Source: Eledone cirrhosa (Eukaryota). Taken from it: 64,000 bases of DNA. How positions within the stretch are numbered: position 1 is the stretch's first letter; every line of letters starts with the position of its first letter. A program made the translations under genes and the position numbers. The notes beneath the pieces are model-generated. The model worked only from the letters and a program-made list of their open reading frames with translations. It ran no database searches and was not told where the DNA came from. The stretch is from the NCBI GenBank assembly GCA_964016885.1, contig OZ024740.1:182900001-182964000 (forward strand), written 5' to 3'. Shown one piece after another: positions 12,831-25,290 of the stretch.

Positions 12831-13356
12831 CCAATTCAATACATGCATGTTACATCTAAGAAAATCAAGTGGGCCATTAAAATTCTGTTTCGATGCATTT
12901 TGGCATTTTGTCAACATTATATACATATTATCGTCATCCTCACCGTTTAACATCTATTCATTCATGCATTCATGTGTTAGACATATATATATCTAATATT
13001 GATATTTCCTAATTTATTAATGGAATTATATTTATTATAGTAGTGCAATTACTTTTTATTACAACAGTATGAATGTTGTCTGTGATAAACTTGCACCCTA
13101 ATCAGATTACAGTACTAGACTATTTCAGCTGACATCATACATGATTCTTTTTTCTTAATGGACCAATCAAAGGAGAAATGGCAGTGCTTATGAGCCCTTT
13201 CAGAACCTTTGATATTTAGGTGAGGAAGCTGTTCTCAGATCAGAGATCTTGTCCAAACTTTCAAGTGTTTGCAGGAAAGGAGACTCTGATAATTCCATTT
13301 AAAGGGTCACAGATTAATTTTGCCAAAAAGAAAAAATCTAAATAAATAAACAGAAC

Positions 13357-13700
13357 CATGGCTTAGTGGTTAGAGCATTGGCCTTGCAATCGAAAGATTG
13401 TGAGTTCAATTCTCAGACTGGGTGATGTGTTGTTTTCTTGAGCAAGACACTTTATTTCACATTGCTCCAGTTTACTCAGCTGTAGAAATGAGATGATAGG
13501 GACTGGCGTCCATATCATTCCACTGCAAAGTGGTCGTGGAGGTGCCACGGCAAAAAAGCACCCAGCACTCACTGTAAATGAGGTTGGTGTTAGGAAGGGC
13601 ATCCAGCTGTAGATATCAAGCCAGAATCAGTTGCCGTCCCACCATTGCAAGCAGGGAAAAGTGGACGTAAAATGATGATGATGATGATGATGATGATGAT
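13357..13700 (+). mobile_element. tRNA-derived SINE with RTE-derived 3' tail
   Basis: A box tggcttagtgg, B box gagttcaattc; 13527-13632 nearly identical to the 3' UTR of the young RTE; (TGA)n tail; second copy at 37706-38043. Confidence 0.88.
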
Positions 13701-13825
13701 CCCCTTTATCAGTCTTCTAGGAAATCACTTGCTCAAAGTGTTCAGTAGTGTGATTGAACCTGAAACCACATAGCACTGCCCTCGACCTACTCTCAGAGAG
13801 GCAACATTATAGAAGAACAACAACT

Positions 13826-14203
13826 GCATGATGCCTGTGTGCAAAGTACGATGCTGCATGGTAGTGAAACATTGGTTGTGAGTGCAGAGGACATGTGTAG
13901 ATTGGTTTAAGAGGAATCCGAGGTGGTGTGCAGGAATGAAGACTGTATTGGTATGGACATGTGATGCACAGGATCAATGACCATTGAGTAAAGAAGTGCC
14001 AAGAAAACCCAGTGAAAAGAAGCTACAGCAGAGGTAGATCAAGAAAACCTGGGCAGAGGTTGTGAAAGCTGACCTCAAATCACTGAGACTCACAGAAGAG
14101 ACGATAAAGGATCTCAATGATTGGAGAGATGCCATGTTGAGAAGTAACCATTCAACCCAGGCAAGTGTTGAAAAACGGATGTAACGACAATGATGATGAT
14201 GAT
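13826..14203 (+). mobile_element. RTE 3'-end relic
   Basis: Degenerate MLHGSETW and WYGHVM coding remnants, (TGA)n tail. Confidence 0.8.
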
Positions 14204-16037
14204 GTTCCTAGAAACATGATAAAATAAATACCTTTGTGAAAACATGATTCTCTTGTATCAAAATAACATGCAAATATTTGTGTTGAAGAGAATTCGTAGA
14301 GTAAAGACTAGATGGAATATTAGCAAAATGTATAAATCTAACTAACATAGATTCCAGGAAGATTTTGAAAATCACTCCATCTTGTGATGATCAAAACTCA
14401 GAAACTATAAACAGTTGGTGTAGTATATTATCCACTTAGCCATCTTGCCTACTATAAACATACATATTGAAGACTGACTGCGAAAAACTCTTCTTGATTA
14501 AAACCTATTTAGTTTAGAAATTAGATTCATCGGTTCATATTAATTTGATATTCACTGAATATCTCTAATTAATATAAAATTTGATTAACCCTTTCTTTAT
14601 TTGAAATATTTTAAGTTCAATGCTGATTACAAAATCGTCTATAACTAGAGTTTGTTAGAAACATTGTTTTAACCAACAAAATCAATAAACAGCCTCTACA
14701 TATCAATGGGAGAGGCTTCTGTAATATTACTTGAATTGCTACAAATAGCAGTCAAATCCTCACAAACTATATTAATCAGAGAAGTGCCTACAACCCTTTT
14801 TATGTACTTTCAAACAGGAATACATGCAATAAAGTGGACTCCACTATATGTACCCAAAGGACATATGGTGGTATCTAACCATGGGATGGATTAAGTTTAC
14901 CACCCAAATGAATTCAACAACTCAAGTTTAGTCTACTGCCCATACATCTATATCATCATCATTGTGACGAAAGTCGAATATTCCTGACAAAGTCTCTCCA
15001 CAATACACGATTTTCCATTGTTCCTGTCAACCACTCACTACTGAGGTTTGTATACTATATATAAAATCAACAAAGTGGTCATAACTGGAACATCTTTGAT
15101 CATAGGTTTGCTTGGTAAAGGGAAAGCTGGGTTAACAAAAACAACAACCTTTATTATCCAATTTGATTTAGCCACTCAATTTCTCTCTAGCATCATGACT
15201 TTTCAACAGAATCTGCTTTCTGATAACATTTCTCAAAATAACTTATATTTCTCTGGAACTAACCATTAGTTTCAACTGATGCTATCACAGAAATAACTGC
15301 AGACAGTTTCTAAAGAACTAGAGCTGCATACAATATCTTGTTAGCATTTAAGTGCAATATACAAAAATAAAATCAGTCTAAATTCTCATGGACATTCTCT
15401 CAATGTCAGAAACCTGCATTAAAACACCAAATATCTAATAGTTATTTTTCTTTTTTCATTCATACCTATATATCTACAAAGATTTTAAAGTACACATGAG
15501 TCTTTAATCTAGGTGATCTGGGGAAAAGGATATAAAATTAATGATAACATCAAGTTTAATATTTCAGCTTCGGTACAATAAATAAATAAAGTGCTAGTAG
15601 TTGTAATAGCCTTTTCTATAACTGATAAGATGATATCAATTCGATACATGAGTGGAAAGTAAGATTAATAGGATATATTAGTTTAATATTGTCACTTTAA
15701 TATACTATTGGTTGTTCCCGGGAGTATATACATATATTGTGTATGTATATGAATGTGCATTTGTGTTACAGAGAGCTTTTAATATATTGTTAGAAGTTTC
15801 ACTATGGTATATATATATGAATGCATGTATGTAAATGTGTATGTCTGCACGCATGTGTGTATATGTATGCACTCATAATTTAAACTTCAAACATGTTTTG
15901 GGTCATTCAATATGCAATGTAAAAGCTGGTAAACATTTTCAATAAAACTTAATGAAGGTTATTTATAAATGACATTTTAGAAGAAACCATAAATTTCACA
16001 GCACAGCCTATTTCACTGTTTTATTCTGGGATTAGTG

Positions 16038-16300
16038 AGGTGCATAGCTTAGTGGTAAGGGTGTTGGGCTTACAAACATAATGTGATGTGTTTGATTCCT
16101 GGACTAGGCTGCAAATTGGGTTCTTGACCAAAACACTTCATTACACATTGTTCCAGTATACTCAGCTGAAAATGAGTACCAGTAATATCTGGGCCTCTAA
16201 CCCTGTGATGGAATAGCATCCTGTCCTGGGGTATTATTGTACTCTGAGTCACTTCACGCCATGAATCTGAGATAAGCACCAGTCTGAAGAGCCTCTGTGC
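16038..16300 (+). mobile_element. tRNA-derived SINE copy
   Basis: Same head and body as 1321, 27852 and 49894 copies. Confidence 0.75.
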
Positions 16301-18460
16301 TTAAAAAAAGATTTTAGGATTAACTGGAATATGAGGAATAGTTAGTGAGATTAAGATGAGTGATATATATATCACTAATGATATTTAGTTTTCATGTTTT
16401 GGATGAAAGTATTTTTTCTGTTTGTTTTTAATGTTTATGTAGTATAACTGTAATCAAAGGAATACAAAAGCTACAACAAAACTTTTAAAGTCACTTTCAT
16501 GACTAAAGCAAGTGTTAGCCTTGCAGACTCCTTAAAATGGATTCCTTTTTGAAGAAAGGTTTTTTTCAGCAAGGTGCCCTTCTTGGTGGCAAATATTTCA
16601 GTCATTTTGTACTAAATGCAGGAATACAGTGTACCTATTTTAAACTGGATACACATAGAAAAGGGATGCTGAAAGCAATTAAAAGATAATATTGGTACAA
16701 CAAAGCCATACCTTCAATTATCAGCAACAATATAAAAAATAAGGATTTTCAACATGCCACATGACTGCAATATTTGGTTGATGGGGTACAACCAATCAAA
16801 CAGCCATCCTACTTCACAGGGAGCCTTCCTCAGGTAAGCCGCTGTCTTTCTGATTTTAAAGAAGGAAACACCAGTTCAGGGACTGAAAACACCTGAATTT
16901 TCGATGATGAACAGCATAAAAAGGAACAAATCTGTCAAGCTACTTGTTTCACAAAGACAAACCTAGCAAAGGTATGACACAATGGAAGTTTGTAAGTAGC
17001 CAGAAAATAAGATATCTAGTTAACCTGACTATATGCATTTTAATTTTAATGATTTTTAATGATGATGGTATTATTATCTCGAATGAATTGCACATTTGGT
17101 TTATTTCGCTTTTTTCTTTAATGGTTTGGGAATTTGGGGATTTTTTATTTTGTGGTATGGAGTGGACCTCCTGAGGCATGGCATCCTGTCATCTAGGTGG
17201 ATAGTTTGAGAGTTGAGAGATGATGGGAGAAGATGGAGCATGGCCTAGTGCATCATGGGGCCTATTGCATCACTGCAGATAATAATAACTTTATTATATA
17301 GAAACTAAGTTATATGACAGCTTCAGCTTGATAACTTCTGTCTTCCCACATTTGGTGACTGTTGCAATCCTGTTTGGTTTGCCAAGTTTGGGAAGGTTGT
17401 TAGTCCACGTTTGGTTTTCCAAATTTGCAAGGTTGGTCATGGGTTAGTTTAGCAGGAATCATCTGTACAGTTTGGTATTTGGGTTTAGGTTAAGCTATAA
17501 TGGTCTTATTAATGTATATAAAGTATCTTACAACTGCTTAATTCATTGACTACTTAACTTACTAAATAATTAATTAGTGCTACTGTTAAATTTGTGTTAG
17601 AGGTATTGAATTGCTATATCAGTTAGAACATTGAACAAAATGCCTTGTGGTATATTTGTCTAAGTTTTGGGATCAAATCCAATTGAGATCAATTGTACCT
17701 TTTGTTATACCAGTAAAGTTCTGGGAATCAATATAATCAACTATTCCCTTTATCTTGTGTTTATGTAAAAGGCAGACTCTCCCTTAATTTCATTTGTGGT
17801 GGTGGCATGCTGATTAGATTTACCTCCATAAGCATGAGTATGTTGATACCAATAGTGTTAGACTGTATAACATGAGCTTATTACTGATAGTTAAGATACA
17901 TGATAGCTATAAATCCAACATTTGTATTCTTGGAATAGTCGAAATAAAAAGTAAAAACTAGAGGATAATTCAAATTACTGATCTTTCATATTTCAGTTTA
18001 GACCACTAATTTTCCTAACTTTATTTTTGCTATTATCAATGTTGCTATCTCAGAAATCAGAAATGTATGATTTAAATTTTAGTTTAGTATTAGTTTTCTT
18101 AATAAAATTTCAGATTAGTTTACTAATTTTTCTACTTTGCTGGTAAGCATTTTCTTAGCTATGAATTATTAGGGATTAATTGTATATGGCTCGGGAAATG
18201 TTGGCTAGGCTTTGTTGGGAAATGAGTTGTTGTTGGTGATGAACTGGCTCATGCCCTAGAGCTGGTACTTAAAGTCAGTTTGTTCGCTTTGTTTTTGAGG
18301 GAGTTCCTATAATATAGTTTCAAACAGTGCACATTATGACTGTTATAAATATTAGTACATAACTATATCTTACACACCAATATATCTTTATATTATGAAA
18401 GTACACACACACACATATATATACAGCCAAAGCTTCAATTTTACTAAGCTTCCACTTGTA

Positions 18461-18492
<32 letters not shown>

Positions 18493-18496
<4 letters not shown>

Positions 18497-18648
18497 GTTG
18501 GTGTTAGGAAGGGCATCCAGCTGTAGAAATCAAGCCAAAATCAGTTCCTGTATGAACAAGGCATGGTCAGCCGACCAGACACTGCCCACAACAGGACAAC
18601 CCGTCTAACCCATGCTAGCATGGAAGAACGGACGTAAAACGGTGATGA

Positions 18649-18650
<2 letters not shown>
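18493..18650 (+). mobile_element. Very short young RTE 3' tail inserted in (TA)n
   Basis: Near-identical to 25118-25275; (TA)n on both sides. Confidence 0.88.
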
Positions 18651-18716
<66 letters not shown>

Positions 18717-19611
18717 TTCTTTAACAACAGAATGATTTCATTAAAATATAAAAATAAGCTTACAATTCAGAGAAAATTTATTTTAAGTATGCTGTCTCTT
18801 ACCTGATCAACTTCTTTAAATTCCAATTGGCAATGAAATGTGTGAGTTTTGTTGAATTTTTTGTGTTTTTACTTTTTTGTTTTAAATTTATATACTAAAA
18901 TTATGAATTAATCTTGAATTCTTTTGTCAAACTTTACGTGAGCCATAAATTTGTGTACGAAAAATATATTCATACATTTAAATATTTCAGTTATTTATGT
19001 ATGGATTTGCTTCTTTTTCTCTTAAACATTATTTTCAATTTGACAATAAAGTGTTAACGGTATAAAGATTTGTATAGATGCAAAAATATTGTAAATAATG
19101 TGACTGTATTGAAGGAAGGACGATATGTGTGTGTGTGTATATATATATTTATATATATAATGCTCAAATGCTTTTTTTTAAAGATTTTAGTATCGATAAT
19201 TTATATACTACAGTATACTACTGTTACTACCATCACCACACCACCCACATCATTCTCATTGCTACCAGTATCACCATTACCATAGAAATTAATTTCTTTT
19301 ATACAAAAATGCTTTTATTGTAATGTTGGCTGTCTTTACTATAATAGCATTTTGTAATTCAGGAAAACATTAACCATATCACATAAACTTAGCCCTCCAC
19401 TAAATTCTGTACTACATTATCATATCATCAGATATATTATTTCATTCCGGTTCAAGGAGAGAAAAAAACTGACTCTAAAAATAATTTTTTTAAAAACACG
19501 AAAAGAATAAGAATAAACACATTTTAGTGTTTAATGTAATTTTGATGTTTATCTAACAATATTTTATATGAACAGAACAAAACAATGGATAAAGCATTTT
19601 AAATGTGTGTT

Positions 19612-19657
<46 letters not shown>

Positions 19658-19719
19658 TGTTAAGTTTCCTATCATAAACACAAACAGACTCCTTCAAACC
19701 AACACTTATCCTTAGTAGT

Positions 19720-20161
19720 CAAAATAAGAATGTGATGGAAAATGTTCAGGGAGCTACTGTTTCTGTCAACATCAAATAAAAGGATGGAAATATGATGATG
19801 CCATGCACAATTGCATAGAAATAAAACATAGGCAGTTTATGCAGAGGATATATGAAGGCAGGAGAGAAATGCAATGAGTACGCTTCAATGGGAGGTGCAA
19901 TATTCATGAATAGATAAGCTGAGAGAAAACCTGGGTATAAGCAGAATCAAATATTGTATACAAGAAAGAAGACCATACTGGTATGGTGATGGACGATCAT
20001 CATTGGGTGAAGAACTTCCAGAAATTTATGACTGAGGCAGACATGGTGCAGCTCAAAATGCAGAATCTAAGAAAGAAATGCAGTAAGATGATGATGGGTT
20101 CACTGGAAAAGACATATCTAAATCATGTAAACATGGAAAAATGGTCATAAAACGATGATGA
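19720..20161 (+). mobile_element. Highly degraded RTE 3' relic
   Basis: Remnants of RELL, LYD and WYG motifs; ends catggaaaaatggtcataaaacgatgatg. Confidence 0.6.
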
Positions 20162-20761
20162 TATATAATTATGGCATTTCTGTTCTCTTCCAGCATGTGC
20201 TCGCTCTTTTAAACAGGAAATGATCGTATAAGTATTCTTCCTTTCATTCAATTTTGTGTAGGTATAAGTATTTGATATATATGCTACTACTGACAATATC
20301 ACTATATGTGCCTTACACCAAAATCTTTATATATACACTTAATTTTAAATATTATTACTTTTGCTATGCATAAAGATTTTCAATTCCATTTAACTTTCTC
20401 TCTAATGATATTTTACATCTTACAGTATACTTTCTTGCAAAAATGCTTAAATTAATGCACTATTCTTTAACTACACAACCCACCTATGTTTAGTTTTCTC
20501 GTGTTTCTTTTCCTATTTGAATGCTTGCTTATGTATTATCATAATGGGACTAAGTAACTCAATTGATTGATCTATATTTCCTGACGATATGAGAGATGTC
20601 TTTATGCCATATAAATAATTAATTGATCAAATGATTAATTAATTCTTTTGACTGCTACTATATCTATCCTTATAGAAACAATTGTGGAAATAAATGATTG
20701 AAATTGAATAATTACTTTGGTTTTCTTTCTCAATTGATCATATATATATATATATATATAT

Positions 20762-21327
20762 ACACTGTAAAGTGGTCACCATGGAAACACAGCAATAAGC
20801 AACAAGCCCACACTGTAAAGTGGTTGTGCAGGTGTCTGACAAAAAACACTCAGTTTACACTGTAAAGTGGCTGTGAAGGTGTCACAAAAAAAGCACCGAG
20901 TCCACACTGTAAAGAGGTTATGTAGGTGTCACAACAAAAAGTACTCATTACTTGCTGTAAAGTGGTTGTGTATGTGTCACAACAAAAAGCTCCCAGCCCA
21001 CACCGTAAAGTAGCCATGTAGGTATCACAACAAAAAGTATTCAGAACTTACTGTAAAATGGTTGTGTATGTATCACAACAGAAACTCCCAGCCCACACTG
21101 CAAAGTGGTTGTGTAAGTGTCACAAAAAAAAAGCTCCCAGTCCCCACTGTAAAGTGGTTGTTTTGGTGTCACAACAAAAAGCACCCAATACTCACTATAG
21201 AAACCAAGCCAAAATTAGTTCTGTATGAGCGAGACATTGTCACCTGACATGGCATTGCTCACAACAGGACAACATGTCTAACCCATGGTAGCATGGAAAA
21301 ATGGACATTAAATAATGATGATGATGA
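20762..21327 (+). repeat. ~48-bp tandem array (9 units) from the RTE 3' UTR unit, followed by an RTE tail
   Basis: ctgtaaagtgg-like anchor at 20765, 20813, 20860, 20907, 20955, 21003, 21051, 21098, 21147, then RTE terminal sequence and (TGA)n. Confidence 0.88.
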
Positions 21328-21426
21328 TATATGCATGCCTAAATCCATCTTCTTTGATATAGGATGGAAACATATCTGTGAACACTAAACTGCTTTTTCA
21401 TCTAAATATGAAACTAAAAATTAGTA

Positions 21427-22217
21427 TCATCATCATCATCATCTTCGTTTAACGTCCATTTTCCATGCTAGCATGGGTTAGAGGGGAGTTGTCCCACTTG
21501 AGGCAAGGCTGGTCGGGTGACCGTGTCTCGCTCATATAGGACTATCTGGCAGGTTTTCTACGGCTGGATGCCCTTCCTAACACCAACCACATTCACAGTG
21601 TGGAACTGGGAACTTTTTACCATGTTACCTACACGGCCACATTACAGCATGGACTGTGTGTGTTTTTTGTCGTGACACCTACACGATCTCAATCTCATTA
21701 TCTCGTGCTGTTGGTGGGAGTGGGAGGATATGGTAGGGGTAGTGGATTGGGGTGTATATTTGGTTAAGACTGTAGGTTTTGCTTTGAACATAGGCATGGC
21801 GGGTCTTCTGTATTACTGCATAGCGCCAAAGATCTCGCTCCAGAGACATTGTCTTAGAGAGATGTAAGTGTGTAAGGTCGGAATTTATCAGATCATCCCA
21901 GGTTTTTCTGGGTCTACCTACTCCGTAACTACCATCAATTTTGATCGCCCTGCACTTTTTTATGCAGCTGTCGTCTTTCATGCACATCATGTGACCATAC
22001 CAACGTAGTCTTCTCTCAAGTAAACAGAATTTGATCTCTCTTATTCCTAATTTCTCATTCAGTTCATTTATACTTTGCCGTTCACGTATATTACTGTTAC
22101 ACATCCAACGGAGCATGCATGCTTCATTCCTTTCCAGTCTATGCAGGTCCTCTGCACGTAATGCCCATGTCTCACTGCCATGTAGCATTGCTGTTCGTAT
22201 ACAAGCATCATACAATC
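21427..22217 (-). mobile_element. RTE 3' fragment of a sister subfamily
   Basis: ORF 21679-22215 (YDACIRTAMLHGSETW...RLRWYGH); closely related to 54200-55875. Confidence 0.92.
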
Positions 22218-23181
22218 TATCACCATAATCATAACCATTATCATTATATTTTGTTATTTTTGTTGGTGGTGTTCATGTCATTCTCATCAGCCTCTGAGAC
22301 GGGATTTTTTTTTAATAATCAGAAAAGATGGGGGGGGGGGGACAAGCAATATTATGATGGGAAACATTGGCATAATTTTAGTTTGACTGTTGACCCACAA
22401 GTAGTTTCACCTGTCATTTGTTATGTATTAAGATATTTATTTTCAATCTAGGTTGTTAGAAGAAATTTACTAAGTTCATCATTTGACAGCATTGTCTGTG
22501 AGAATAAATCTACTGATTGAAAGTTATGAGACTGACAATCTAGCTGGCTACTTTGCAGTAGCATATATTCACAAGAAGCAAAATAATCATTGTTTAACTC
22601 TCCTAAAACCAAATAACCTGAAACAATTCCTGATTATTTTATACAAAGCTATTTATTCTAAAGTGTTTGTATTCATTTAGAAAATTGCAACTTTTTTGTT
22701 AAAAAAAGGTAAGTTCTAATCTTAATGAAAAATTTACTTATGTTATTAAATATACCAAGGTTCCTGATTTGTTTGAAAATCATTTGAAAGCCATAAAATA
22801 TTAGAAATAAGGTAACAAAAGGATTAATCTGTAAACATTATTATTTATTTAATTATCTAGCCTTCTTATGCTTTTGTTTCACAAATTTATTGAGTACTAG
22901 GCTCAGTATCATAATGTTTAAGTAATTTGCATTTTCGAATGATAGAATAAATTTCAGATTTAGACACAAGGCCAACAATTTTGGGGGAAGGAAAGTCAAT
23001 TAAATCAACCTCAGTGTGTTACTGGTACTTTATTTTATTGAACTTATAAGGAAGAAAGGTAAAGCTAACCTTGACAGGATTTGAACTCAGAATGTAAAGA
23101 CACATAAAGACATGCTGCTAAGAATGGTGTCTATTCCTCTACCAATGCTACCAATCCCCTGCCCTTAAAATTTAATAAATT

Positions 23182-24984
23182 GATAAAGGTGAGCTTGCCC
23201 TCACAAGTGCTGAGAAGAAAGATGCATGGAAGAGTCATTATGATAGATTACTAAATGAGGAGAATGCATGGGAAGAAGAGACCCTACCCCACGTAGACCC
23301 TATAGAGGGACCAGCAGTACAAGTCAGCGGCAGCGTAGTAAGTAAGGCAATCAGAGATATGAAGATAGGGAAGGCAACCGGTCCATCGGGTATAGCTGCC
23401 GAGATGCTGAAGGCATCTGGGTCTGTAGGTCACACTATAACCACACGTATCGTTAACCAGGTAATACTAGAGGGGGCCATACCAAAAGATTGGTGCAGTA
23501 GCATCATTGTCAACTGCTACAAAGGTAAAGGCGATGCACTAGATAGAGGAAACTATAGAGGTATAAAGTTGATGGACCAGGTCATGAAAGTAACAGAAAG
23601 AGTTATAGCACAGCTGATTAGGGACCGGGTGAATATAGACGAGATGCAATTTGGGTTTGTACCAGGGAAAGGCACCACTGATGCGCTCTTCCTTGTGAGG
23701 CAATTACAGGAAAAGTACCTAGCTAAAAGTAAGCCACTCTACTTGGCATTTGTCGACCTTGAGAAAGCCTTTGACAGAGTTCCACGTGCAGTAATCTGGT
23801 GGGCTCTTAGAAAACTAGGAGTAGATGAATGGCTTGTGAAAGCGGTACAAGCCATGTATAGGGGAGCAGTCAGCAAAGTTAGGATTGGCAATGAGTATAG
23901 CGAGGAATTTAGCGTACAGGTTGGGGTCCACCAGGGCTCTGTTCTTAGCCCTCTCCTGTTCATCATAGTCCTGCAGGCAATAACGGAGGAGTTTAAGACC
24001 GGATGCTCATGGGAACTCCTGTATGCTGATGACCTCGCACTCATAGCTGAATCTATGGTAGAACTAGAGAATAAATTCCAAACCTGGAAGCAGGGACTAG
24101 AGAGAAAGGGCCTCAAAGTCAACATGACAAAGACTAAGGTCCTTATAAGTAGACGAGAAAACAGAACCCAGATCCCCTCAGGGAAATGGCCTTGCTCAGT
24201 ATGTAGGAAAGGTGTAGGTAGGAACTCCATTCTTTGCCCCAAATGCAAACAATGGGTACACAAGAGATGTAGCGGGATCTCAGGAAGCTTAATTAAGAAT
24301 GTAGGATTCACATGCAGCAGCTGTGCTGAAACAGCAAGCAAACAGCCACAGGAAACAAGTACCACCAATCTCTGGGAGGGCCCTGTAGAAACAGTAGACA
24401 GCTTCTGCTACCTAGGTGACCGAATTAGCAACGGAGGTGGGTGCTCAGAAAGTACAATAACTAGGGTAAGAACGGGATGGAAGAAGTTTAGGGAACTACT
24501 ACCACTGCTAGCTGCAAAAGGCTTCTCCCTCAGAATGAAAGGCAGACTGTATGATGCGTGTATCCGAACAGCGATGTTGCATGGTAGTGAGACCTGGGCG
24601 CTGAAGGTGGAAGACTTACGTAGATTAGAGAGAAACGAAGCCTGCATGCTCCGATGGATGTGTAACAGTAATATACGTGAACGACAAAGCATAAATGAAT
24701 TGAGAGAGAGACTGAGCATAAGAGGAATCAAATGCTGCGTGCAGGAGAGGCGGTTACGCTGGTATGGACATGTGATGCGTATGAAGGATGACAGCTGCAT
24801 AAAAAGGTGCAGAGCACTAGAAGTTGATGGAAACCGCGGAGTGGGGAGACCCAAGATGACTTGGGATGAGGTGATAAAAGCCGACCTTACCCAACTACAC
24901 CTCTCAAAGTCAATGACACACGACCGTGACTTCTGGCGTCACGCAGTAATACAGGGTACCCGACCTCCCATGGGTACATGCTGA
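23182..24984 (+). CDS. RTE reverse transcriptase ORF (5'-truncated, uninterrupted)
   Basis: Frame open from DKGELAL at 23182; all RT motifs and the Cys/His insert present. Confidence 0.93.
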   Translation, partial: DKGELALTSAEKKDAWKSHYDRLLNEENAWEEETLPHVDPIEGPAVQVSGSVVSKAIRDMKIGKATGPSGIAAEMLKASGSVGHTITTRIVNQVILEGAIPKDWCSSIIVNCYKGKGDALDRGNYRGIKLMDQVMKVTERVIAQLIRDRVNIDEMQFGFVPGKGTTDALFLVRQLQEKYLAKSKPLYLAFVDLEKAFDRVPRAVIWWALRKLGVDEWLVKAVQAMYRGAVSKVRIGNEYSEEFSVQVGVHQGSVLSPLLFIIVLQAITEEFKTGCSWELLYADDLALIAESMVELENKFQTWKQGLERKGLKVNMTKTKVLISRRENRTQIPSGKWPCSVCRKGVGRNSILCPKCKQWVHKRCSGISGSLIKNVGFTCSSCAETASKQPQETSTTNLWEGPVETVDSFCYLGDRISNGGGCSESTITRVRTGWKKFRELLPLLAAKGFSLRMKGRLYDACIRTAMLHGSETWALKVEDLRRLERNEACMLRWMCNSNIRERQSINELRERLSIRGIKCCVQERRLRWYGHVMRMKDDSCIKRCRALEVDGNRGVGRPKMTWDEVIKADLTQLHLSKSMTHDRDFWRHAVIQGTRPPMGTC

Positions 24985-25290
24985 AGCATATAAACAATAT
25001 GCCCCCCCCCACCCCACCGCAAGGTGGTCGTGGAGGTGCCACGGCAAAAAAGCACCCAGCCCACACTGTAAAGTGGACGTGTAGGCGCCACGAAAAAGCA
25101 CCCAGCACTCACTGTAAATGAGGTTGGTGTTAGGAAGGGCATCCAGCTGTAGAAATCAAGCCAGATCAGTTCCTGTATGAGCAAGGCATGGTCAGCCGAC
25201 CAGACACTGCCCACAACAGGACAACCCGTCTAACCCATGCTAGCGTGGAAGAACGGACGTAAAACGGTGATGATGATGATGATGATGATG
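23182..25290 (+). mobile_element. Young 5'-truncated RTE LINE (copy B), near-identical to copy A and inverted relative to it
   Basis: 541-aa ORF differs from copy A at one residue (GCSWELL vs GCPWELL); same 3' UTR and (TGA)n tail. Confidence 0.96.

Noticed and set aside
13357-13430. tRNA genes at SINE heads (also 37706, 39431)
   Set aside because: A and B boxes are present but there is no complete cloverleaf and each continues into SINE body and tail.
20762-21200. CRISPR-like periodic array
   Set aside because: Intervening sequences are homologous to each other, the unit derives from the RTE 3' UTR, there are no cas genes and the DNA is eukaryotic.
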